Source of the DNA: Acidimicrobiales bacterium
Lineage (GTDB): Bacteria > Actinomycetota > Acidimicrobiia > Acidimicrobiales > CADCSY01
Direction of reading: 5' to 3'
Assembly (NCBI GenBank): GCA_035553895.1
Contig: DATMJI010000035.1
Location: forward strand, 1 to 61,467
Length of the DNA stretch: 61,467 nucleotides
The notes below the pieces were generated by a model that was not told the origin of the DNA, searched no databases, and worked only from the letters and a program-made list of their open reading frames with translations. Positions 1 through 8,891 of the stretch are shown piece after piece. Both the position numbers and the translations under genes were made by a program. Numbering within the stretch: position 1 is the stretch's first letter; every line of letters starts with the position of its first letter.

Positions 1-561
1 ACGTACGGGGCCACGGGGGAGCTCCCGGCGGCGGCCGACGAGCGTCAGTACGAGGTTGGCCACGGGCCCTGCGTCGATGCCGCCCAAGGGAACCAGTGGA
101 CCATCGTGGCCGACTGCCGGACCGACGACCGCTGGCCCGACGTCACCGGGCCCCTGGCGACGAAGGGCCTGCTCAGCTCCATGTCGATCCCGCTCCCCCT
201 CCATGAGGGCTCGGTGGGTGCACTCAACTCCTACGCCCGCACCCCGCGCGCCTTCGACGAGTCCGACGTCCCCCTGGGCGAGCAGTTCGCCGCGCTGGCG
301 GCGGTCACCGTGGCCAACGCCCGGTCCTACATCGATGCTGCCCGGGCGGCCGAGGGGATGCGCGAGGCCATGCGCTCCCGTTCGGTGATCGAGCAGGCCA
401 AGGGCATCATCATCGGCCGCACCGGCTGTAGCCCCGAGCGGGCCTTCGAGCTCTTGGTCCAGCAGTCCCAGCACGAGAACCGCAAGCTGCGCGAGGTCGC
501 CGCCAGCCTGGTGGCCCAGGCCGGCGGCCCGCGCCCGCCGGCTGCGCCGGCCGGGGGCTGA
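1..561 (+). CDS. GAF/ANTAR-domain regulator, C-terminal part (5' end lies outside the window)
   Basis: Frame 1 is open from nt 1 (TYGATGELPAAADERQYEVGHGPCVDAAQGNQW...) and runs into the 106..561 ORF. The tail RSVIEQAKGIIIGRTGCSPERAFELLVQQSQHENRKLREVA is a classic ANTAR helix motif, preceded by GAF-like sequence. Confidence 0.8.
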   Translation, partial: TYGATGELPAAADERQYEVGHGPCVDAAQGNQWTIVADCRTDDRWPDVTGPLATKGLLSSMSIPLPLHEGSVGALNSYARTPRAFDESDVPLGEQFAALAAVTVANARSYIDAARAAEGMREAMRSRSVIEQAKGIIIGRTGCSPERAFELLVQQSQHENRKLREVAASLVAQAGGPRPPAAPAGG

Positions 562-672
562 GGAGTCCGCCTGCACCTGGGATCGGCGTCCGGTAGACTG
601 GCGAGTGGTTCAGTAGTGAGCCTTCGCCTCGCTGCCTCGGCACTGCACCTGCAGCCAGTGCCGTAGACACCG

Positions 673-1128
673 ATGGGAGGTACGCCGGTGCCGTCGTCGC
701 TGATCGCATCATCACTGGCACCGCTCTGCCGCCCGTTGGTGTGCCCGTCCGGGAACGGGGACCACCCGGTGCTGGCGGGGTCCACCGTAGCCGTGCGGAT
801 CACTGCGGCCGAGGACCCGGGCGAATGCGTGGCCGTGGTGGAGGGTGAGGTGGATCTGCTCAGCGCACCGCTGGTGGCCGAGCACCTCGCGTCGTGCGTC
901 GGCGGGGGTTGCCGGCGGCTCACCGTCGACCTGTCGGGCGTGAGCTTCCTCGGCGCATCGGGATTGTCGGTCCTGGTTGCGGCCAGCGAGGATCTGGGCC
1001 GGAGCGGTGGGCTCCTCGTCCTCCACCGGTCCCGCCCTCTGACCCGGCGCATGTTTGCCATCACCGGCATCGACCAGCTCCCCCACATCGAGGTCAGCGA
1101 CTGCTCCGTCGTCTCCGATGACCGTTGA
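673..1128 (+). CDS. STAS-domain protein (anti-sigma-factor antagonist family)
   Basis: The 151-aa ORF contains VVEGEVDLLSAPLVAEHL...LTVDLSGVSFLGASGLSVLV...MFAITGIDQLPHI, typical of SpoIIAA/RsbV-like STAS proteins. The start is not certain. Confidence 0.7.
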   Translation: MGGTPVPSSLIASSLAPLCRPLVCPSGNGDHPVLAGSTVAVRITAAEDPGECVAVVEGEVDLLSAPLVAEHLASCVGGGCRRLTVDLSGVSFLGASGLSVLVAASEDLGRSGGLLVLHRSRPLTRRMFAITGIDQLPHIEVSDCSVVSDDR

Positions 1129-1468
1129 GGTCCACGTCCGCCAAAATGACGAGGTGCTCGAGGTGTCGCTGTCGGGTGCCATCGACCGGGAGGTGGCCGA
1201 GGTGATCGACGGTGCCGTCCTGGCCGTGGCCGGCCGGACCCGCCTGACCCTGGTCAACCTCGACGGCGCCGTCCTCATCGATCGGGACGGGCTCCAGGCC
1301 ATGGTCAGGCGACTCGTCGACCAGGGAGGCACTGCCCGCGTCGGGCTGGTGTGCGGGCGAAGCGGCTCGGTGGAGCTGCTCCGGCGCTGGGGCATCTCCC
1401 ACCTGCTGCCCGTGTACCCCAGCTTCGACGACGCCCTCCGGCGGGAACCGTCGGCCGGGCCCGCCTAG
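1118..1468 (+). CDS. STAS-domain protein (anti-sigma-factor antagonist family)
   Basis: An internal ATG at 1118 (MTVEVHVRQNDEVLEVSLSGAIDREVAEVIDG...) overlaps the stop of the preceding STAS gene. The layout is STAS-like, with a C-terminal LLRRWGISHLLPVYPSFDDAL. Confidence 0.7.
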   Translation: MTVEVHVRQNDEVLEVSLSGAIDREVAEVIDGAVLAVAGRTRLTLVNLDGAVLIDRDGLQAMVRRLVDQGGTARVGLVCGRSGSVELLRRWGISHLLPVYPSFDDALRREPSAGPA

Positions 1469-1926
1469 CGGCGACCGGCGGGCCGGCGACCGTCTCCGGC
1501 GGGGGACCCCAGCGTCCTCCAGCCGGCGCCGAACCCCAGCTGGTGATGGACCCGTGCCTGCAGGGCGTCGTTGATGCTGGAGAAGACGGGGAGGCCGCTG
1601 GGCCCGAACCGGCGCAGCAGTCGGCGCCCGCTCAGGCGCCGGCTCACCACGCAGAACTGGCGGTCGGCGCCCGTGAGGTCGTGCAGCCCCCCGACCAGGA
1701 CCTCGACGGCCGCCGGCTCGACGATGGTGAGCCGGCTGAGATCGGCCACCACGTGGTGGGCAAGGGGCCGGGCCCGCATCCCGTCGACGGCGGCGGCCGC
1801 CACCGCCGCGCTGCCCAGACCCCGGAGGGCGACCACGACGACGTCATCCGACAGCTCGTGGAGCTGGAAGGGCGCTCGGTGCTCGGAGGTGTCGATCGGG
1901 GGCGCCAGCACCGCGGTCGCCACCAT
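1465..1926 (-). CDS. STAS-domain protein (anti-sigma-factor antagonist family)
   Basis: This is the C-terminal 153 aa of the 1465..2070 ORF (MVATAVLAPPIDTSEHRAPFQLHELSDDVVVVALRGL...LLRRFGPSGLPVFSSINDALQA). It is convergent with the previous gene and the two stops share one CTAG (1465..1468). The start could also be 1995. Confidence 0.65.
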   Translation of the reverse strand: MVATAVLAPPIDTSEHRAPFQLHELSDDVVVVALRGLGSAAVAAAAVDGMRARPLAHHVVADLSRLTIVEPAAVEVLVGGLHDLTGADRQFCVVSRRLSGRRLLRRFGPSGLPVFSSINDALQARVHHQLGFGAGWRTLGSPAGDGRRPAGRR

Positions 1927-2082
1927 CCTGGCGCTCCGGAGCCCCGGTGCACCTCTCTCAGTACCCGGCTCTGGGGCCGGTACGACCTCTGGCATGCGGC
2001 ATGTCCCTTCGCTGGGGTCGATGCTGCGCCGCCAGGGTCCGGGGGGGCGTTGCCCCTCCAGTCTACCCACCCGCCAGGTTCG

Positions 2083-3048
2083 CTACCGGGTGGCTGCGGT
2101 CGGCCCGGGCACGCCACCCGGGCCGCCCAGGTGCTGCAGCGCATCGAGGACGTCGTTCACCCCGATGGCCAGCAGGCCCGGGGCCGGGGCGCCGGCGTGG
2201 GGATCCGAGGTCTGCCCGGCCCAGAGCACGGCGTGGGGACCACTGGGCGGTGGTCCCCAGCGGGCGGGTGCGGTCGGACCGAAGAGGACCACGGACGGCC
2301 GCCCCAGGGCGGACGCCAGGTGGGCGACGCCGGTGTCGCCACAGACGACCCGGCCGGCTCCGTGCACCAGGTGCACCAGCTCCCGCAGCGATGTCCGCCC
2401 GGCGAGGACGGAGTCCGGGCCGAGGCCGGCGTCCCGGGCGACGGAAGCCGCCAGGACCGCTTCCGCCCCCGTCCCGGTGATGGCCACCCGGCGCCCGGCG
2501 CCGGCCTCGGCGGCGGCGACCGCCGCCCAGCGCTCGGCCGGCCAGCACCGGGCTCCGCTGGAGGCCCCCGGGTGGATGATCGTGGCCCCGGCCAGGGCGG
2601 CCAGCCCCGCCGGTGCCGGCGCCGGGACGCCCAGGCGGAAGTCCTCGGGATCGGCAGGGATGCCGTGGTGCTCGAGCAACCGGCACCACCGGACCCGTTC
2701 GTGATCGCGGTCGTCCCAGGCCGGACCTCCGGCCACCTCGAAGGCGATCAGGCAGCCGGGCCGGCTCGCCCGCAGCAGCTCGGTCGAGCGAGGTCCCCGG
2801 CCGTGGAGATTGACGGCCAGGGCGGCGCCGGCGAGAACGGGGTCGAGGGGGACGAGCCCGGGTGTGTCGATCACGGCGTCGACGGCCCCGGTGAGCGCCG
2901 CCAGCGGTGCCAGCGCGGCCGGGGCGGCCAGGAGCCGGCGCCGGCGGGGAAAGGCCCGGGCCAGCGCTCGCAGGGCGGGGACGGCGGTGAGGAGGTCGCC
3001 GAGGTGCAGCGCCCGCAGCACCACGACGGCTCCCGGCGCCGCCCTCAC
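2083..3048 (-). CDS. Glycosyltransferase family 9 (heptosyltransferase-like)
   Basis: Carries VVVLRALHLGDLLTAVPALRAL at the N-terminus and VCGDTGVAHLASALGRPSVVLFGPT near the C-terminus, the hallmark GT9 layout. The GTG start forms a GTGA overlap with the upstream stop. Confidence 0.85.
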   Translation of the reverse strand: MRAAPGAVVVLRALHLGDLLTAVPALRALARAFPRRRRLLAAPAALAPLAALTGAVDAVIDTPGLVPLDPVLAGAALAVNLHGRGPRSTELLRASRPGCLIAFEVAGGPAWDDRDHERVRWCRLLEHHGIPADPEDFRLGVPAPAPAGLAALAGATIIHPGASSGARCWPAERWAAVAAAEAGAGRRVAITGTGAEAVLAASVARDAGLGPDSVLAGRTSLRELVHLVHGAGRVVCGDTGVAHLASALGRPSVVLFGPTAPARWGPPPSGPHAVLWAGQTSDPHAGAPAPGLLAIGVNDVLDALQHLGGPGGVPGPTAATR

Positions 3049-3737
3049 GGCCAGGAGCTCTCCTGGGGCGAGGTCACCACCAGCTCGCGGATCTCGCAGC
3101 CCGGCGCCTGCTCGAGCGCCACCACTACCGCCGCCGCTACCCGCTGGGGGTCGGCCAGGTCGGCGTCGGGCCCGGGCCGGTACTGGGCCTCGCGCCGGTC
3201 GAAGAAGTGCGTCTCCATCCCGCCCGGCGTGAGGAGGGTGACGCCGACTCGACCCTGGAGCTCGGCGGTGAGGGCCCGGGTGAAGCCCACCACCCCGAAC
3301 TTCGAGGCGCAGTAGGCGGTGGCGCCGCCCACCGCCCGGTGTCCCAGGGTCGAGGACACCGTGACCACCTTGCCCCGGGCCGGGATCAGCCAGGGCAGGG
3401 CGGCCCGGATCACCGCCGCCGTGCCCAGGAGGTTCACGGCGACGACGCGCTCCCAGGTGTCGGTGTCGAGTTCGGCGAGGTGACCGGGGACGTCGATGCC
3501 CGCCGAGGTCACGACGGCGTCGATGCGCCCGAGGTCGTCACCCACGCGCCGCAAGGCCTGCTCGGCGTCCTTGGCGCTGGCCAGGTCGACCTGCTGGTAG
3601 GGCCAGGGCCCGGCCGGGGGGCGGACGTCGAGGGCGGCCGGCTGCCAGCCGGCCCGGTGCGCCGCCCAGGCGACCGCCTCGCCGAGGCCGGACGAGGCAC
3701 CGGTGACGACGACGACGGGACGGTCAGGGCTGGACAT
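3045..3737 (-). CDS. Classical short-chain dehydrogenase/reductase
   Basis: Has the VVVTGASSGLG Rossmann motif and the YCASKFG (YxxxK) catalytic motif. The ATG at 3737 overlaps the hldE stop by 14 nt. Confidence 0.85.
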   Translation of the reverse strand: MSSPDRPVVVVTGASSGLGEAVAWAAHRAGWQPAALDVRPPAGPWPYQQVDLASAKDAEQALRRVGDDLGRIDAVVTSAGIDVPGHLAELDTDTWERVVAVNLLGTAAVIRAALPWLIPARGKVVTVSSTLGHRAVGGATAYCASKFGVVGFTRALTAELQGRVGVTLLTPGGMETHFFDRREAQYRPGPDADLADPQRVAAAVVVALEQAPGCEIRELVVTSPQESSWP

Positions 3738-5091
3738 GGCGGGATGCCTCCTCGAGGAGTCGGGTGGTGGATCGGCCCGAGACGTAGGGCACCACGACGG
3801 CGCACCCACCCCAGGCGGCCAGGGTGGCGGCTTCGGGAAGCTCGGCCCCGCCGTAGTCGCCGCCCTTGACGAAGACGTGCGGGCGCAGCGAGCCCAGGGC
3901 GGCGGCTGGGGTGTCCTCGTCGAAGACGTGGACGGCGTCGACCGACCGCAGCGAGCGCAGCACCGCCGCCCGGTCGGCGGCCGGTTGGCGGGGACGGTCG
4001 GGTCCCTTGAGCCGGCGCACGCTGGCGTCGCTGTTGAGGCACACGATCAGGCAGTCGCCCAGGCGGCGGGCGGCCTCGAGGGTGGCGACGTGGCCGGGGT
4101 GCAGCAGGTCGAAGCACCCGCCGGTGGCCACGACCGTGCCCCCGGCGGCGCGGACGCCCGCCGCCAGGTCCCCGGCCGAGGACGGGGCCGGCTGGGGCTC
4201 GGGTGGGGCCCACCCACCGGCACCCCCGCCCGCCACGAACGCCGAGGCGGCCGCCACCGCCACCTCCACCGCCTCGCTCACCACCGCACCACCGGCCAGG
4301 GCGAGGGCGGCGGCCCCGGCGAAGCGGTCACCCGCCCCGCACGGGTCGCCACCGGCGACGGGCGGGGCGGGCACCACCAGCGCCGGGCTGTCCCCGCCGG
4401 CGAGCAGGGCGCCACCTGCACCGCGGGTCACGGCCACCGCCGTCACCCCCCAGCGAGCGGCGAGGACGGCGGCTCGCCGGGCCAGCACCGCCAGGCCCTC
4501 ACCCTCGGCCTCGGGGACCAGCCGGGCCACCTCGGCGGCGTTGGGGGTGGCCAGGCGCACCCCAGGGACGGGCTGGGGGCCCCGGGGGTGGGGGTCCCAC
4601 ACCACGGGTACCGCGGCCCGCAGCGAGACCAGCTGGTCCCGCAGGGCCGGTTGGGCGGCGACGCCGCGGCCGTAGTCGGCCACCACGATGGCATCGGCGC
4701 CGGCCAGGGCCTCGACCACGGCCGGCCCAGGCGCCCCCACGGGGCCCGGCGCACCGCCGCGGTCGAGGCGCAGGAGCGACTGGTCGCCGCTGCGCAGGCG
4801 GACCCGCTCGGCGGTGGCACCGTCGAGGGTCAGGGCGGCCACGTCGACCCCGCCGGCGGCGAGCAGGCGGGCGACCTCGCCACCGGCCTCGTCGGTGGCG
4901 AGGGCGGTGACCAGGGTGACGGTGGCACCCTCGCCGGCCAGCAGCGAGGCGGCCAGCGCCGCCCCGCCCGGCCGGACCCGTTCGCCGTCCTGGTCGAGCA
5001 CCGGGACCGGGGCGTCGGGGCACACCCGCTCGACGGTGCCCGAGACGTCGCGGTCGACGAGGGTGTCGCCGACAACGACCACCCGCCTCAC
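3724..5091 (-). CDS. hldE: Bifunctional D-beta-D-heptose 7-phosphate kinase / D-beta-D-heptose 1-phosphate adenylyltransferase
   Basis: The N-terminus is a ribokinase-like PfkB domain (VVGDTLVDRDV..., GAGDRFAGAAA). The C-terminus is a cytidylyltransferase-like domain (GGCFDLLHPGHVATLEAARRLGDCLIVCLNSD). The GTG start forms a GTGA overlap. Confidence 0.9.
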   Translation of the reverse strand: MRRVVVVGDTLVDRDVSGTVERVCPDAPVPVLDQDGERVRPGGAALAASLLAGEGATVTLVTALATDEAGGEVARLLAAGGVDVAALTLDGATAERVRLRSGDQSLLRLDRGGAPGPVGAPGPAVVEALAGADAIVVADYGRGVAAQPALRDQLVSLRAAVPVVWDPHPRGPQPVPGVRLATPNAAEVARLVPEAEGEGLAVLARRAAVLAARWGVTAVAVTRGAGGALLAGGDSPALVVPAPPVAGGDPCGAGDRFAGAAALALAGGAVVSEAVEVAVAAASAFVAGGGAGGWAPPEPQPAPSSAGDLAAGVRAAGGTVVATGGCFDLLHPGHVATLEAARRLGDCLIVCLNSDASVRRLKGPDRPRQPAADRAAVLRSLRSVDAVHVFDEDTPAAALGSLRPHVFVKGGDYGGAELPEAATLAAWGGCAVVVPYVSGRSTTRLLEEASRHVQP

Positions 5092-5693
5092 CCCTGCACC
5101 TCCAGCGCCCTGGACGCGCCTACGGCGACGTCGACGGCGGCGCAGAGCAGGTGCACGGCGACCTGGTGGACCTCCTGGACGGTGGCGGTGTACGGGGCGT
5201 CGACGGACACGGCGTCGTCGGCCAGCGCCACCAGGGGATTGGGGGACCGGCCGGTGAGGGCCCAGGTGCGCAGGCCGCGCTCGGTGCCGGCCCGCACGGC
5301 GGCGAGGACGTTGGGGCTGCGGCCCGAGGTGGAGAGGGCCACGAGGATGTCCCCCGGTCGCCCGTGGGCCCGGACCTGGCGGGCGTAGAGCTCGTCGGGG
5401 GGGTAATCGTTGGCGATGGCGGTGAGGGCCGAGGTCTCGGCGTGCAGGGAGATGGCGCTGAGGGGCTGGCGCTCGTCGCGGTAGCGGCCCACCAGCTCTG
5501 ACGTGAGGTGCTGGGCCTGGGCGGCGCTGCCGCCGTTGCCCACGGCCAGCAGGCGCCCGCCGCCGCAGAGGACCCGGGCGGCGTGGGTGCCCCAGCCCTC
5601 GAGGCGGGCCAGGTCGGCTTCGAGGGCGACCAGGGGGCGCCGGAGGGCGGCCAGGTGGGCCCGGCCGGCGGGAAGGCTCGAACCGCCGCTCAT
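5088..5693 (-). CDS. gmhA: Phosphoheptose isomerase (SIS domain)
   Basis: The internal ATG at 5693 gives MSGGSS...LLAVGNGGSAAQAQHLTSELVGRY...ALSTSGRSPNVLAAV, matching GmhA motifs. It forms an ATGA overlap with the upstream stop. Confidence 0.9.
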   Translation of the reverse strand: MSGGSSLPAGRAHLAALRRPLVALEADLARLEGWGTHAARVLCGGGRLLAVGNGGSAAQAQHLTSELVGRYRDERQPLSAISLHAETSALTAIANDYPPDELYARQVRAHGRPGDILVALSTSGRSPNVLAAVRAGTERGLRTWALTGRSPNPLVALADDAVSVDAPYTATVQEVHQVAVHLLCAAVDVAVGASRALEVQG

Positions 5694-6901
5694 GGCGTTC
5701 GCCTTGCCGCCGCCGGCTCGACGTCGGCCAGGGCCTGGACGGCGCTGAGGGTCTCGGTGGCGATGTGGTCCCAGGAGAAGCGCTGGGCCCGCCGGCGACC
5801 GGACTGGCCGAGCCGACACCGCGCCACCGGGTCGCCCAGGAGCCGGCGCAGGGCGGCGGCGATGGCCGCCGGCGACCGGGGGGGCACGTGGGCGCCGGTG
5901 ACGCCGTCGACGACCGTCTCGGCCAGGCCCCCGACGGCGGAGGCCACCACGGCCACGCCGCAGGCCATGGCCTCGAGGGCGGTGATGCCGAAGGGCTCGT
6001 ACCACGGCGTGGTCACGAACACGTCGGCCGAGCGCAGCAGCGCCGGTACGCCGGGGCGGGGGACGGCACCGAGGAGCTGTACCCGCTCCCCCAGGCCCAG
6101 CCGGTCGGCCAGGGCCACGAAGCGCTGGGCCTCGGGATCGTCGTCGACCATCCCCGCCGGGGGGCCGCCCGCCACCACCAGCTCGGCGTCGGGAACCATC
6201 GCCATGGCCTCGATGAGGTTGCCGATGCCCTTGCGCTCCACCAGCCGGCTGACGGCCACCACCCGGGGGCGGCCCCCGCGGCGGGGGGTGCGGGGGCCGT
6301 GAGGGTGGAAGTGCCCCATGTCGACGCCGCAGGGCACGACGGAGATCCGCTCATCGTGGGCCCCCATGGCCAGCAGCTCCCGCCGCTCGTCGCCGCTGGT
6401 GGCGATGAGGCGGTCGACGTGGCGGGCCAGCCGGCGCTCGATAGCCAGGCGCGGCGGCGGGCTGGTGTCGGCCGTGCCCTGGTGGCGCCGCTTCACCGTG
6501 CCGAGAGCGTGGAAGGTGTGGGCCAGCGGGATGCCGAGCGCACCGGTCGCCTCCAGGGCGGCCAGGCCCGACATCCAGAAGTGGGAGTGGACCACGTCGG
6601 GCCGGTCCTGCGACCACTGCCGGGCGAGATCCTCGGCGAAGGGGGCCATGGTGGGCAGGAGGTCGTCCTTGGCCAGCGGGGCGGCGGGACCGGCGTCGAC
6701 GTGGTCGACCCAGACCCCCGGGGCGAAGGCCACCCGGCGGGGCAGGAGGGGATCGTCCCGGCGGGTGTGGACCACGACCTCGACGCCCTGGCGGGCCAGG
6801 GCCCGGGCCAAGTCGGCGACGTGGACGTTCTGGCCACCGGCGTCGACGCCGCCCAGCAGGGCCAGCGGGCTGGCGTGTTCGGAGACCATGGCGATCCTCA
6901 C
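5690..6901 (-). CDS. Glycosyltransferase family 4 (GT-B fold, MshA-like N-terminus)
   Basis: Has an MRIAMVSEHASPLALLGGVDAGGQNVHVADLARALARQG N-terminus and a C-terminal EPFGITALEAMACGVAVV (E-x7-E region). It forms a GTGA overlap with the upstream gene. Confidence 0.85.
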   Translation of the reverse strand: MRIAMVSEHASPLALLGGVDAGGQNVHVADLARALARQGVEVVVHTRRDDPLLPRRVAFAPGVWVDHVDAGPAAPLAKDDLLPTMAPFAEDLARQWSQDRPDVVHSHFWMSGLAALEATGALGIPLAHTFHALGTVKRRHQGTADTSPPPRLAIERRLARHVDRLIATSGDERRELLAMGAHDERISVVPCGVDMGHFHPHGPRTPRRGGRPRVVAVSRLVERKGIGNLIEAMAMVPDAELVVAGGPPAGMVDDDPEAQRFVALADRLGLGERVQLLGAVPRPGVPALLRSADVFVTTPWYEPFGITALEAMACGVAVVASAVGGLAETVVDGVTGAHVPPRSPAAIAAALRRLLGDPVARCRLGQSGRRRAQRFSWDHIATETLSAVQALADVEPAAARRTP

Positions 6902-7863
6902 CGTGCCACCCCGGCCAGCAGTGCGTCCCAGTCGGCCAGGAAACGTTCCAGGCCGTAGCGCTCGAGCACCGCCGCCCGCGCCGCCTTGCCCACCCGGCGG
7001 GCGTCCTCGGGGTCGTCGACGAAGTGCTGGAGGGCGTCGCCGAGCACGGCGAGGTCGTTGGAGACCACACCGGCCGAGGGCGGCACTGCCACCGGCACCT
7101 CGGTGGTGGCCAGGGCGACGACGGGCATGCCCAGGTGCATGGCCTCGATGAGGGCGAGCCCCAGCGAGGTCCAGCGCACGGGATGGAGGTAGACCCGGCG
7201 CCGGGCCAGCTCGGCGTGCATCCGGTGCTGGGGCACGTCGCCGTAGGCGGTGATGTCGTGGCCCCGCTTTTGCTGCTCCCCGGCGAAGCCGGTGCTGCCC
7301 ATGCCGAAGAGGTCGATGCCGACCCGGGCGGCGAAGGCGCCCAGCAGGTCGGAGCCGGTCACCCGGTTGCGGCGCCCGGCCTCGTTGACGACCACGGCCG
7401 CCCGTTCCCGTTCGCCGCCGTAGCGGTGGCCGGGGTCGACGATGCCGTGCTCGATCACCACCGTGGGCGTGGAGCCGCAGTCCCAGAACAACCGGTTGGT
7501 GTGGGTCACGTGGACCACGGTGAGGTCATCGCGGTCAGCCGCCGGGTGGCGCAGGTCGGCGATGCGCCCCTGCGGCGCGTTGTGCTCCACCCACACCGCG
7601 GGCAGGTCACGCCCCGGTCGCCGCCCGAGCCAGGCAGCCGCCAACTCCTCGTCCCGGGGGCGCTGGAGGATCACCACGTCGACGTCCTCGTGGCCCAGTT
7701 GGGCCGGTGTGCGCTCGACGGCTGACGCCGGCCATTCCCAGGTACGGGCTCGGCCCCGCCCGTCGGGGCCCCGGCCACCGTCAACCGGGATCAGGTAGCG
7801 ATGCGGTCCCTGGACCAGCGCCGTGGTCCACGAGCCGTGCACGTGCCACACCAGGACGTTCAT
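6898..7863 (-). CDS. Glycosyltransferase family 4-like
   Basis: The real start is the ATG at 7863 (MNVLVWHVHGSWTT...). The C-terminal SLGLALIEAMHLGMPVVALATTE is GT1/GT4-like. It forms an ATGA overlap with the upstream stop. The 474-aa ORF extension is an artefact. Confidence 0.75.
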   Translation of the reverse strand: MNVLVWHVHGSWTTALVQGPHRYLIPVDGGRGPDGRGRARTWEWPASAVERTPAQLGHEDVDVVILQRPRDEELAAAWLGRRPGRDLPAVWVEHNAPQGRIADLRHPAADRDDLTVVHVTHTNRLFWDCGSTPTVVIEHGIVDPGHRYGGERERAAVVVNEAGRRNRVTGSDLLGAFAARVGIDLFGMGSTGFAGEQQKRGHDITAYGDVPQHRMHAELARRRVYLHPVRWTSLGLALIEAMHLGMPVVALATTEVPVAVPPSAGVVSNDLAVLGDALQHFVDDPEDARRVGKAARAAVLERYGLERFLADWDALLAGVAR

Positions 7864-8891
7864 GCCGGCACCCGCAGCCTGCGTCCGGCCAGGGTGGCGA
7901 CGGCGTCGACCACCGCCTCGGGGGTGACGCCGGCCAGGCAGGGTTGGTCCTCGACGGGGCAGGACCGGGCTCGGCAGCCGGCGCAGGCGATGTCGTGGTC
8001 GCCGAGGAGGATCGAGGGCACCCCCCAGGGCCGCCACCGCTCGGGGGGGACGACGGGGGCGAAGATGGAGACCACGGGCGTGGCCACGGCCGCCGCCAGG
8101 TGGGCCGGACCGGTGTTGCCGCTCACCACCACCTCGGCTCCGGCCAGCACCCCGGCCAGCCCGGCCAGATCGAGTGCACCCCCGAGGTCGGCGACGTCCG
8201 CCTGCGGGTCTCCGGCCACCGTGGCGGTGAGGTGGCGCTCGGCGCTCCCGCCGGTGACCGCCACCTGGTACCCGCCGGCGGCCAGGAGCTGCACGCAGGC
8301 GGCGGCCCGGCCGGCGTCCCAACCCCGGGCCGGGACCGATGCACCGGGATGCAGGACCACGTAGCGCCCGGCGAACGGGCGCCAGGTGGGCAGCGGCCGG
8401 CGCACGGCGAGGCGGCCGGTGTCGCCGGCGGCCAGCCGGTGCCCGAAGCGCTCGGCCAGCGAGAGGGCCTGCTCGACCTCGTGGCGGCGAGGGTCGTCGC
8501 CGTGGCGCACGTCGAGCAGGGAGCCGGGGTGATCGGCGCAGGTGGCCCCGATCTCGGCCACGCCGGCCATGCGCAACAGCAGAGCCAGGGGCAGGGGGCT
8601 CTGGTGGAACGAGGTGAGGACGAGGGCCCGGTCGATCCCCAGGGTGCCCAGGTGGTCGACCAGTCCGTCCAGCGCCGATCGCTCCACCGCCGGGGCGTCG
8701 TCGCCTACCCAGGGGGCGTCGACGGCCACCACCTCGTCGACCCCGGGCAGGAGGCGGGCGGCGGCCGCCCCCCGGCCGGCGAGGAAGGTGACCCGGGACG
8801 CCCCGGTGGCCACCGCCCGCACCGCCGGGCCGCTGAGCAGGACGTCGCCGAGGTTGTCGAGGCGAGCGACGAGCACATGAGGCGCCCTCAC
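7860..8891 (-). CDS. Glycosyltransferase family 9 (heptosyltransferase-like)
   Basis: The GTG at 8891 gives VRAPHVLVARLDNLGDVLLSGPAVRAV...VVSGNTGPAHLAAAVATPVVSIFAP, which is the GT9 layout. It forms a GTGA overlap with the upstream stop. Confidence 0.85.
   Translation of the reverse strand: MRAPHVLVARLDNLGDVLLSGPAVRAVATGASRVTFLAGRGAAAARLLPGVDEVVAVDAPWVGDDAPAVERSALDGLVDHLGTLGIDRALVLTSFHQSPLPLALLLRMAGVAEIGATCADHPGSLLDVRHGDDPRRHEVEQALSLAERFGHRLAAGDTGRLAVRRPLPTWRPFAGRYVVLHPGASVPARGWDAGRAAACVQLLAAGGYQVAVTGGSAERHLTATVAGDPQADVADLGGALDLAGLAGVLAGAEVVVSGNTGPAHLAAAVATPVVSIFAPVVPPERWRPWGVPSILLGDHDIACAGCRARSCPVEDQPCLAGVTPEAVVDAVATLAGRRLRVPA

Noticed and set aside
562-672. A possible ANTAR target (dual hexaloop hairpins) or structured leader between the ANTAR gene and the first STAS gene. 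The region includes a 7-bp hairpin ggcactg...cagtgcc (about 640..663) and a GTAGAC direct repeat.
   Set aside because: I could not identify two adjacent stems with the conserved A/G hexaloop pattern by eye. A 7-bp stem with a 10-nt loop is weak evidence. A covariance-model search is needed.
1351-3315. A 654-aa plus-strand ORF, the longest in this part of the track.
   Set aside because: It runs antisense or out of frame across the STAS genes and the GT9 gene. Its product is an Arg/Pro/Gly/Ala-rich string with no motif. This is typical of spurious open frames in high-GC DNA, and the opposite-strand genes have clear family signatures.
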